Source: Ignavibacteriae bacterium HGW-Ignavibacteriae-1
GTDB taxonomy: Bacteria; Bacteroidota; Ignavibacteria; Kapaibacteriales; UBA2268
NCBI GenBank assembly: GCA_002839825.1
Contig: PGYU01000007.1
Span: 27,165 to 91,164 of the forward strand
Direction: 5' to 3'
Length of the DNA stretch: 64,000 nt
Positions 21,651 through 29,568 of the stretch are shown here, one piece after another. How positions within the stretch are numbered: position 1 is the first letter of the stretch; the number at the start of each line of letters is the position of its first letter. The notes beneath the pieces are model-generated. The model was not told where the DNA came from. It did no database searches and saw only the letters and a list, made by a program, of their open reading frames with translations. The translations under genes and the position numbers were made by a program.

Positions 21651-22499
21651 ATGATTAAGAGAATTCTTTTGCCTTTAGATGACTCAGAATATAGCAAGAA
21701 GGCGCTCGAACTTGCGATTTGGCTTGCCAAATATCACGATGCAGAATTGACCGGCATGGTAATCTTAGATGTGCCGGGCATCAGACATTCATTTGGTTCG
21801 ATTCCGCTGGGAGCAACGTATTACACCAAATTGTTGAGCGATACGCGTTTGGCAACTGCAAAAGAACGCATTAACGGGCTAATTCATAATTTTAATGCAG
21901 AGTGTGAAAAGCACGCCGTTCGTTACGCTAACTACAAAATCGAAGGCGTCCCGAGTGATGCCATTCTCGACGCATCTAAATATTACGATGTGATGATAGT
22001 CGGCAAACGGACATTCTTTGAGTTTGATAGCGAGGAAACCGATGGGCTGTCTTTCGAAAAGCTCTTGGATTACTCGATTACACCTGTGATTGCAGTCCCT
22101 AAGGAGCTAAATTTGGAAAAACATACCAAAGAAGAGCGCAAATATCTAATAATGTTCGATGCAAGTATTCCTTCATGTCGTGCCTTGCAAAGATTTGCTC
22201 AAATGGCTGCGACGGGCAATATCGAACTCAAAATCTTTATGTCACATGATGACGAAGACTACCGTAATCACGAGTTAAATCAAGCAAAAGAACTGCTCAA
22301 TGCTCATGGTTTCGAGAATGTTACAACCGAAGGTTCGGACATTGACATCAAGAAGCTGTTCACACCGGAAGAAATGAAGAAATATGACGGTGTAGTGCTG
22401 GGTTCCAATTCAAAAAGCACAATCGCTACCTTTTTCACCGGCAGCTTCACTCGTTACGTTATCGAAAACAGCAAGAGAGTTGTATTCGTAGGGCAGTAG
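21651..22499 (+). CDS. Universal stress protein (tandem UspA domains).
   Basis: The motif ILLPLDDSEYSKKALELAIWLA opens one domain and a second USP-like half follows. The protein is 282 aa. Confidence 0.6.
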   Translation: MIKRILLPLDDSEYSKKALELAIWLAKYHDAELTGMVILDVPGIRHSFGSIPLGATYYTKLLSDTRLATAKERINGLIHNFNAECEKHAVRYANYKIEGVPSDAILDASKYYDVMIVGKRTFFEFDSEETDGLSFEKLLDYSITPVIAVPKELNLEKHTKEERKYLIMFDASIPSCRALQRFAQMAATGNIELKIFMSHDDEDYRNHELNQAKELLNAHGFENVTTEGSDIDIKKLFTPEEMKKYDGVVLGSNSKSTIATFFTGSFTRYVIENSKRVVFVGQ

Positions 22500-22583
22500 T
22501 CAGAATTTTTGAAAATAGAAAAGAAGCTGTTACCTCTCCAAAGGAGAGGGCGAAAGAAAAACAAAAATACCCCGAAAGCCTTT

Positions 22584-22603
22584 CCCCCTCTTGCAAGAGG
22601 GGG
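22584..22603. terminator. GC-rich perfect 20-bp palindrome (CCCCCTCTTGCAAGAGGGGG) between convergent genes. A second hairpin CCTCTCCAAAGGAGAGG lies at 22533-22549.
   Basis: Read directly from the sequence. A T-run (22618-22624) follows on the + strand. It is strikingly GC-rich for this genome. Confidence 0.4.
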
Positions 22604-22697
22604 TTAGGGGGTGTTCGGTTTTTGTAAATTATCTGCGTGTTTTCTGTCAACATATTTTAGGACTGTGCAATATTCCAAAAAATATGTTGATTCGACA

Positions 22698-23768
22698 CTA
22701 AATTATTTTTTTGTCTATGTACTTTGAATTGATAATTCGCAAAGTACCCATGTAATCCATCTTGAATTGCAGGAAATCGCCAACTTTGTACTTATTTTCG
22801 TTGTCGCCAAGGTCAATCACCAACATATCCGAGCTTGCACCAACAAAACTCATATCGGGATCAATCGGAGTAATGTGCCGTTCATCAACATCGAGTAAAC
22901 CAATGTCAATAATTGCTCGATAGGACTTTTGCCCCACCAAATCTTGGTTAAATTCAAAGCTGTGCCCGTCAACATTTGTCCCGAAATCACCCATCGGCAC
23001 AACCGGTTTCTCGATTAATTCGATAATTTCGGCATAAAGTCTGAACACGTCTGTGTCCATCTTACTCAGTGGCTTGTCGTTATAGACATCAGTCCCAAGG
23101 AACAAGGTTTCGCCAACGCGAAAGTGATTGATTCCTTTGGGCAGCAATTTCTGAAAAATCAACGGTATTGTAACTGATGAGCCTCCCGACACAAATGGCA
23201 ATGCTCGGTTGAATTTTGCTTCAATCAACTGCTTGTACAAACTGAGCTGAATCAGCTTGTCGGGATTTGGCAGCACGCCGTACAAACAGGATAAATTGGT
23301 GCCGATTCCGACAACTTCGATATTTTTGAGCTTGAATACATTTGAATAGAAGTTTACAAAATCATCGCCCATGACGCCTTCACGAAGCTCGCCAAGCTCA
23401 ATCATGATTATGATTTTATGCTTTTTTTGCTGCTTTTGTGCTTCTGCGGATAACAAACGTATGGTTTCAATCTGAGTGTTCATGCTGATGTCAGCATATT
23501 TGATGACGCTACTTACAACGTTGCTTGCCGGAGGCTTGATGTAAACAGTTTCAATTTCGGGATTGATAGATTTTACCATTCTCAGATTTGAGATTCGTGA
23601 ATCGCAAACCTGCTTGATATCCAACTTCAATAATTCAGCAAGATAATCTTTATTACCGCATAGCATCTTAGTCACCACAGACCATTGTATGCCGTGCTTC
23701 TTGAATAATTTTTCGAGATAATCGAAATTATATTTCAACTTTTTAGAATCTAAAGTAACATAAGCCAT
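22698..23768 (-). CDS. PLP-dependent alanine-racemase-N-domain family enzyme (amino-acid racemase/D-serine deaminase-like).
   Basis: N-terminal ...WSVVTKMLCGN... is a lysine-containing TIM-barrel motif like AVVKANAYG. The protein is 356 aa, and a GNAT gene follows 2 nt downstream. Confidence 0.5.
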   Translation of the reverse strand: MAYVTLDSKKLKYNFDYLEKLFKKHGIQWSVVTKMLCGNKDYLAELLKLDIKQVCDSRISNLRMVKSINPEIETVYIKPPASNVVSSVIKYADISMNTQIETIRLLSAEAQKQQKKHKIIIMIELGELREGVMGDDFVNFYSNVFKLKNIEVVGIGTNLSCLYGVLPNPDKLIQLSLYKQLIEAKFNRALPFVSGGSSVTIPLIFQKLLPKGINHFRVGETLFLGTDVYNDKPLSKMDTDVFRLYAEIIELIEKPVVPMGDFGTNVDGHSFEFNQDLVGQKSYRAIIDIGLLDVDERHITPIDPDMSFVGASSDMLVIDLGDNENKYKVGDFLQFKMDYMGTLRIINSKYIDKKII

Positions 23769-23769
23769 T

Positions 23770-24210
23770 TTATTTTATCAGTCTCATTTCTAAATATTTA
23801 CTCGTAAACCCAAGCTTTTCATAGAGATACCTTGCAGGGTTTTCCGGTTCGACATGTAGCGCTATATTGCCGTTTGCCGCATTGATTGCTTTTGTCATCA
23901 ATTCCTTGCCGACACCCTTGCCGCGCATGTTTTTGTGCGTAGCGATATAAACGAGAATATTTTCGGGAATATAACCCTCCATGCCTGTTTCGTTTACAAC
24001 GACCGCACATGACATTTCTGCGCCGTGGTGGCTCACCATAACAAATCCACCCGGAGATTGGCTCTCTTTGATAGCATAATTGATAGCTTTTTCGATATCC
24101 TCTTTCTTGTCACCGAATTGGTCTAAATTGTGAAACAAGAAATCAACAATTTCTTGCTTTTCAGCCACTGATGGCTTCTTTTCGGAGTTAAATAATTTCG
24201 TTTCTGTCAT
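23770..24210 (-). CDS. GNAT family N-acetyltransferase.
   Basis: Acetyl-CoA binding motif: HKNMRGKGVGKELMTKAI. The protein is 146 aa. Confidence 0.75.
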   Translation of the reverse strand: MTETKLFNSEKKPSVAEKQEIVDFLFHNLDQFGDKKEDIEKAINYAIKESQSPGGFVMVSHHGAEMSCAVVVNETGMEGYIPENILVYIATHKNMRGKGVGKELMTKAINAANGNIALHVEPENPARYLYEKLGFTSKYLEMRLIK

Positions 24211-24454
24211 AATAAATTTTCTCTCAAATTAATAATATTATCTAAACAAATAGCATATAATATAATTTCCGACACTAATAAAAAAATATTAATATCAAAA
24301 TTATGTATATGAAAATGAATAGATTACTAAAATACGCATAATAATTGGATTAACCAAATAATTCACGAATAATCACCATAATTATCCCTATTTATTGGGG
24401 ATTTTCAGGGATATTATGATAATTATTTATGAAATATTATCAATAAATATTTTC

Positions 24455-24814
24455 TTAAATTCGCTCCAAATTCTCCCTTGTGAATTCGCCTTTGGTGTCA
24501 CCTGTGTTGAGCGTGGTCGCAGGCTCGAACAACATTAAGGCAACCTCTTTCTCCGCAACCGGGCGATGCTCGATTCCACGCAGTACAATCAGGAATTCAT
24601 CCTTTTTGATTGTCACAGTCTTGTCGCGAAACTCCATCTTCAGCTCTCCGTCGAGTACGTAGAAGAGCTCGTCCTCATTTTCGTGCTTGTGCCAGACGAA
24701 TTCGCCTAATAGCTTTGCGAGCTTGACATGTTGCCCGTTCAATTCTCCAACGATTCGCGGATTGTAATAATCGCCAAACATCGCAAGTTTTTCAGATATA
24801 TTTACTTTTTCCAT
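24455..24814 (-). CDS. Cupin domain protein.
   Basis: Cupin motifs: WHKHENEDELFYVLDGELKMEF and ...GIEHRP. The track start at 24826 is TTG, and the ATG at 24814 is preceded by GGAG. Confidence 0.7.
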   Translation of the reverse strand: MEKVNISEKLAMFGDYYNPRIVGELNGQHVKLAKLLGEFVWHKHENEDELFYVLDGELKMEFRDKTVTIKKDEFLIVLRGIEHRPVAEKEVALMLFEPATTLNTGDTKGEFTRENLERI

Positions 24815-24952
24815 ACTATTCTCCAAAATTATTCAATATTGCTAAATCAAAAATGCAATATAAGGGATTATCGCAAAACGAGAGAAATATATAAAAGAAA
24901 GGAGAGCATTTGCCCTCCTTTTTGTGGTTATTATCATGAATTATTAGCAATA

Positions 24953-26554
24953 TTACTCAATTACAATTCTTTGCAAAGTCTGCTCTCCGTAATGCGTTTG
25001 GGCTACGAGCAAATACATTCCGGGCGTTAATTTATTCAAATTGAAATTTTCGCGAAACTCGCCTTTGCGAATTAGAGTTTCCGGCGATAGCGTCATTAAT
25101 AATTTCCCTGTAAGGTCATGAATCGAAAGTTTCACTTTTCTATCCTCTTTCAGTTGGAAATTGACAGAAACCGGACCGTTTGTAGGATTTGGGTACACTA
25201 ACATGTTTTCGATTGCTCCACTACACGAGCGCCAAACGTCCATTATAGTTTCCGAGCCTGTTTCGGGAGCCGCTTTGCAAATATCTTCGCTGCTGTTAAT
25301 CGCTGCAATCTCGGCTTGGAGACGCGATTTGATGTTTTCCGGCACAACTTTAAGAAGTTCATCCGTGGGTTCAAACCAGAAGATTAAGTCTGCGCCGCCA
25401 TCCGGAACATCGAATCGGACAGGAATTAATTTGTTGACAGTCAATTCTGTCATCATTTTGATGCGTTTATTAATATGAGGAAAATGCTCTATGGGAATCG
25501 TAATTTTCTCATTTAATTTAGTATTGGGCCACATAAATAGGATTTGGTCTATTTTGGTAGTATCTAAGGGATCAAATTCGCTATCTATACGTTTAATTTT
25601 GATTTTTTGTTCTACTTTTCGGTCATTTTCAGAATCATCAAAATCAATTTGAATTCTCTTAGATTTGAAACGTAATGAATCTACATCACTATTATTCATG
25701 GAATTATTCAATAAGAAAGATAATTTATTCCTATCCACTTTGAATTTACCAGAATTATCTGTATCACTAGATTGTGATAAGAATGAATCAATTTGTGCAG
25801 GAGACAACTGATTTAAAATATCTATATCTAAAGTTGTATTTTCTTCAATTGTTTCTGTATATAGTACTTGATTCGGTTTGTTCTCGCTTCCTTCGGGATT
25901 ATTTTTATTAGTCATAAACGCTATTTTTACATTTCCATTGGCAGAAGTAATAAGCTTAGGAACTAATTTATGGTCAGTATCAGAAGACTCCGAATTAGAA
26001 AGAAACTGTGTTTTCATATTCGGAGCTATCGAAACTTTCATATTACCACTTGTAACTTCATAATTATTCGTTTTCGAGTTGAATTTAATATTATATAAAT
26101 CTAAATAATCATTCGGCAAAGTAATGGTATTTATTCCGCTTATTTTGTCTGATGAGTTGGGCACATCGACTTTATCATCTACATTGTAAGTATTCATAGC
26201 GACATCATCTGGCTTAAAATTGCGTTTATTGATGTCTTTATCGCCATCGTCTGGTAGTATTTCTTTGACATTGGGGGTGGATTTTGCTGTTGATATTTCA
26301 ACTGAAGTTTGCTTATTTTCGGGCACTTGTTTATCAGAATCAATTACATTAAATAGTACCAATCCTGATATTACAAGAGCCGCCATTGAACTTAAAATAG
26401 TCATTTTATTTGCTCCGTAATTAAAAATACCTGTACTCACCGGATTTACGGTACTTGCGCTAATGAGTTCGCGAACCTCATTATCCTTCAAAACCGGCTC
26501 CAGATTTCGAGCTTTATCAAAAATATTATCAATATTTGTATAATTATTATTCAT
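24953..26554 (-). CDS. Anti-sigma-like single-pass membrane protein with a C-terminal T9SS sorting domain (paralogue of 40572-42200).
   Basis: A ~50-aa N-terminal cytoplasmic segment precedes the TM helix KMTILSSMAALVISGLVLFNV. A large extracytoplasmic region follows. The C-terminus is VYPNPTNGPVSVNF...GMYLLVAQTHYGEQTLQRIVIE. It starts 2 nt after the sigma gene. Confidence 0.5.
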   Translation of the reverse strand: MNNNYTNIDNIFDKARNLEPVLKDNEVRELISASTVNPVSTGIFNYGANKMTILSSMAALVISGLVLFNVIDSDKQVPENKQTSVEISTAKSTPNVKEILPDDGDKDINKRNFKPDDVAMNTYNVDDKVDVPNSSDKISGINTITLPNDYLDLYNIKFNSKTNNYEVTSGNMKVSIAPNMKTQFLSNSESSDTDHKLVPKLITSANGNVKIAFMTNKNNPEGSENKPNQVLYTETIEENTTLDIDILNQLSPAQIDSFLSQSSDTDNSGKFKVDRNKLSFLLNNSMNNSDVDSLRFKSKRIQIDFDDSENDRKVEQKIKIKRIDSEFDPLDTTKIDQILFMWPNTKLNEKITIPIEHFPHINKRIKMMTELTVNKLIPVRFDVPDGGADLIFWFEPTDELLKVVPENIKSRLQAEIAAINSSEDICKAAPETGSETIMDVWRSCSGAIENMLVYPNPTNGPVSVNFQLKEDRKVKLSIHDLTGKLLMTLSPETLIRKGEFRENFNLNKLTPGMYLLVAQTHYGEQTLQRIVIE

Positions 26555-26555
26555 A

Positions 26556-27164
26556 TTATATACCTATTTTCATTAATTTATCATTATTTTTTGAAAATTC
26601 ACTTCGTTCTGCAGAGTAATTATTGTTCATTTTATGTGTAATTTTATCATTCATCAATTCGCTTAATTTCTCCCGACCTCTTTTCAATCTGGATTTTACT
26701 CCCGAAATTGTTCCGCCTTGAATCTCTTTGATTTCTTCGATTGAAAATCCCGAAATTTCGTACAAAATGATTGCTTCTTTCATTTTTTCAGGTAATTTGT
26801 CCAAAGTGTCGTAAAGCACTTTTATATCGTGAGAAATATCGGGCATCGGGTCGTGAGCTATCAAATTATCCAAAGCCATATCATCTAATTCCTCGAAATT
26901 CTTCATTTTTGACTTACGCTTACGATGCAATCTGACCGCTATGGTAAAGATATAACTGCTGAAAGCCTCTTTGTTCTTAATCTTGTCAAAGTTTTCGTAC
27001 GCAGCCAACACGGTATCGCTAACCAAGTCACGCGCATTCTCGGTATTGCGAGTGATTGCTCTCGCAAAACCCGAGAGTTTGAATTTCACTCGGTCATAAT
27101 AAATCATGAACTCATTTTGTTTACTATCTTTCAAATCAATTTCCAAATTTTGTTCTCTACTCAT
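26556..27164 (-). CDS. ECF-type RNA polymerase sigma-70 family factor.
   Basis: Region 2 (DLVSDTVLAAYENF) and region 4 (EAIILYEISGFSIEEIKEIQGGTISGVKSRLKRGREKL) are present. An alternative start MIYYDRV at 27107 is possible. Confidence 0.8.
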   Translation of the reverse strand: MSREQNLEIDLKDSKQNEFMIYYDRVKFKLSGFARAITRNTENARDLVSDTVLAAYENFDKIKNKEAFSSYIFTIAVRLHRKRKSKMKNFEELDDMALDNLIAHDPMPDISHDIKVLYDTLDKLPEKMKEAIILYEISGFSIEEIKEIQGGTISGVKSRLKRGREKLSELMNDKITHKMNNNYSAERSEFSKNNDKLMKIGI

Positions 27165-27198
27165 AATATAAGTGCTACAAATTCTAAAAAAGTTTCAT
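27163..27198 (-). promoter_or_regulatory. Conserved ~35-bp motif found upstream of ECF sigma genes (copy 1). Further copies lie at 27348-27383 and 42712-42743.
   Basis: Minus-strand reads: ATGAAACTTTTTTAGAATTTGTAGCACTTATATTAT, ATGAAACTTTTTACGGAATTGCACCACTTATATTAT and ATGCACCCTTTTTTTAATATTGAAGCACTTACTCAC. Confidence 0.35.
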
Positions 27199-27410
27199 CT
27201 GATAAGTAAAATACTCAAAATATTTTTACTAAGAGCTATTCCAATGAATTAGAATCCTGTTACCATTCATAAAATGATTAGACTCATTTCTTCAAAACAA
27301 ATTTTTCAAATTTTCTTTCAATATAAAATATTTTTCGCTGCACTCTAATAATATAAGTGGTGCAATTCCGTAAAAAGTTTCATGAAAGTTTATAATTTAA
27401 TAAAGTTAAT

Positions 27411-28286
27411 ATGAAATTTACAAAATACGCTTTTTTCACAATGATTTTAGCTTTCGTAGCTTGTTCGTCTGTAGATTCGGCTCCGAAGAAGAAGAATTTG
27501 CTTTGGAAGGTTGAGTCAGGCGGCAATGTCGTCTATTTGCTTGGCTCGATTCACATCGCCGATGAGAGCTTGTACCCCTTGGATACAGTAATAATCGAAT
27601 CTTTCGAGGAATGTGAATATCTCGTGCTGGAGCTCGACCCAAGTGCCCATAGTGCATTCGACATTTACAAATATATGTCCTACGAAGGCGATACCTTGCT
27701 GAAGAATATGATTACAGCCGACCAATACGCCAAAATCAAAGAATATATGGATAAGCATAATGTGCCCGAGATGGCTTTCGGGAGCTTCAAACCTTGGGCA
27801 GCTGTGATGACGCTGCAATCTTTGGAAATGTTGAGCAGCGGCTTTTCCCAACACGAAGGGATTGACTTGCACTTCCTCGAAAGAGCCAAATCATCCGGCA
27901 AAATGGTGAAAGAGCTAGAATCATTAGAATTTCAAATGTCAATGATGAATAAATTGAACGATTATACGGGCGAGTATTTGGATTATACATTAGCCGAGCT
28001 TGATGATACCAAAAAGTATGTAGATGAGTTGCTTGACGCATGGAAACAAGGCGATTCGGATAAGATTTACAATATTTCGCAAGAAGGCAATCAGCATGAG
28101 GGATTTGACGAAGTGATGGAAGATTTGAATTACTCGAGAAATGTCACTATGACTCAGAAAGTTGAAGAATATATCGCAACAGGAGAGAAGCATTTCATCG
28201 TCGTTGGCTCGCTGCATTTATTAGGTGAACGTGGAATAGTACAGCTTTTAGAAAGCAAAAATATATATAAAATTAAACAATTATAG
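27411..28286 (+). CDS. TraB/GumN family protein.
   Basis: Signal peptide plus LLWKVESGGNVVYLLGSIHIADES, which is typical of the TraB/GumN (pheromone shutdown-like) family. Confidence 0.6.
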   Translation: MKFTKYAFFTMILAFVACSSVDSAPKKKNLLWKVESGGNVVYLLGSIHIADESLYPLDTVIIESFEECEYLVLELDPSAHSAFDIYKYMSYEGDTLLKNMITADQYAKIKEYMDKHNVPEMAFGSFKPWAAVMTLQSLEMLSSGFSQHEGIDLHFLERAKSSGKMVKELESLEFQMSMMNKLNDYTGEYLDYTLAELDDTKKYVDELLDAWKQGDSDKIYNISQEGNQHEGFDEVMEDLNYSRNVTMTQKVEEYIATGEKHFIVVGSLHLLGERGIVQLLESKNIYKIKQL

Positions 28287-28299
28287 GAAGAGTCATTAA

Positions 28300-29070
28300 A
28301 TGTTAAAAAACAAAATCACTTTAATCACCGGTGCATCAGCCGGAATTGGTAAAGCGTGTGCGGAAGTATTCGCAGAAGCAGGCTCGGACCTGATATTAGT
28401 TGCCCGAAGAATTGAATTGGCAGAAGATTTGGCAAGCAAGTTAAGTGAAAAATATGGCGTTGACTGCATCGCCATCCAACTTGATGTCCGAAATTACGAC
28501 GAAGTTGCTGACCAACTCGGGAATTTGCCCGAAAAAAGGCAGAACGTGGACATTTTAATCAATAATGCCGGATTAGCGCGCGGATTAGATAAAATTCAAG
28601 ATGGCAGCCTTGATGATTGGGAAGAAATGATTGACACTAATGTAAAGGGTTTGCTCTATGTGTCGAAATTGATTTTGCCCGGAATGGTAGCACGCGACAG
28701 CGGGATGGTAATCAATATTGGCTCGATTGCGGGCAGAGAAGTCTATCCCAAAGGCAATGTTTACTGTGCCACAAAACACGCTGTCAGAGCGATTTCCCAA
28801 TCAATGGTAATAGACCTCAACGGTACAAATGTCCGCACTTGCAACTTAGATCCGGGAATGGTCGAAACCGAATTTTCGCTCGTCCGATTTCGCGGAGATG
28901 CACCAAAAGCGGAGCAAGTTTACAAAAGTTTCAAACCATTAAGTGGGGAGGACGTTGCCCAAATTGCACTGTTTGCAGCCAGCAGACCGCCACATGTCAA
29001 CATTCAGGACATCATGGTGACAGCGATATCGCAAGCGAGCGCCCAAATAGTAAATCGTACAGGCGTCTAA
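28300..29070 (+). CDS. SDR family NAD(P)-dependent oxidoreductase (YdfG-like).
   Basis: Cofactor motif: TGASAGIGKA. Also NNAG and the catalytic YCATKHAV. Confidence 0.85.
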   Translation: MLKNKITLITGASAGIGKACAEVFAEAGSDLILVARRIELAEDLASKLSEKYGVDCIAIQLDVRNYDEVADQLGNLPEKRQNVDILINNAGLARGLDKIQDGSLDDWEEMIDTNVKGLLYVSKLILPGMVARDSGMVINIGSIAGREVYPKGNVYCATKHAVRAISQSMVIDLNGTNVRTCNLDPGMVETEFSLVRFRGDAPKAEQVYKSFKPLSGEDVAQIALFAASRPPHVNIQDIMVTAISQASAQIVNRTGV

Positions 29071-29144
29071 AAATTTCATTTGGAAATAACAAAATTTTGT
29101 TATATTTTTGCTAACTGCATTTAAGCCAATGTTTCTTTAGAAAC

Positions 29145-29234
29145 GGAGAGGTGGCAGAGAGGCTGAATGCACCGGTTTGCTAAACCGACGTAGTGGTACA
29201 ACCGCTACCGAGGGTTCGAATCCCTCCCTCTCCG
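29145..29234 (+). tRNA. tRNA-Ser (anticodon GCU) with a long variable arm.
   Basis: The cloverleaf folds by eye: acceptor GGAGAGG/CCTCTCC, anticodon stem-loop CCGGT-TTGCTAA-ACCGG, long variable arm, T-loop GGTTCGAATCC. Confidence 0.8.
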
Positions 29235-29332
29235 CTGAGTGAAATCATAAGCCCTTGTAATATACAATGTTACGAGGGCTTGTTTTTTGTTTCCAACATA
29301 TTACCAAAAGAATGCCAAACCGTCATTTTTGT

Positions 29333-29357
29333 CCCGTCAGGTGTTACACCTGACGGG
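29333..29357. repeat. Perfect palindrome CCCGTCAGGTGTTACACCTGACGGG. An identical copy lies at 33397-33421 with a half copy at 33370-33386. Related CCGTCAG hairpins lie at 46946-46969 and 46991-47013, with a degenerate copy at 56797-56816.
   Basis: Read directly from the sequence. All copies lie in 3' intergenic positions. Confidence 0.6.
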
Positions 29358-29568
29358 AGGATACAGTGTTGTTTAAATGAATTAATATTTTTAAATAACT
29401 TAAGTTATGTAAAATAATGAATCTACAAAATCTGATAATTTTATAATTTAATTCAAATTTCTCTTGTTTATATCCAAAAGTTTACTATTTTTAAAACATC
29501 TAATTTATTAATATGTAGACAATTATACGTTCTTTGATTTTAATAAATTTCAAATAGGGAGTCTAAGT

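Noticed and set aside
27196-27383. Tiny leader-peptide ORFs (MKLF*, MKLFTELHHLYY*) created by the ATGAAAC start of the sigma-upstream motif.
   Set aside because: They are too short and not conserved in length between copies. They are more simply explained as a promoter or operator motif.
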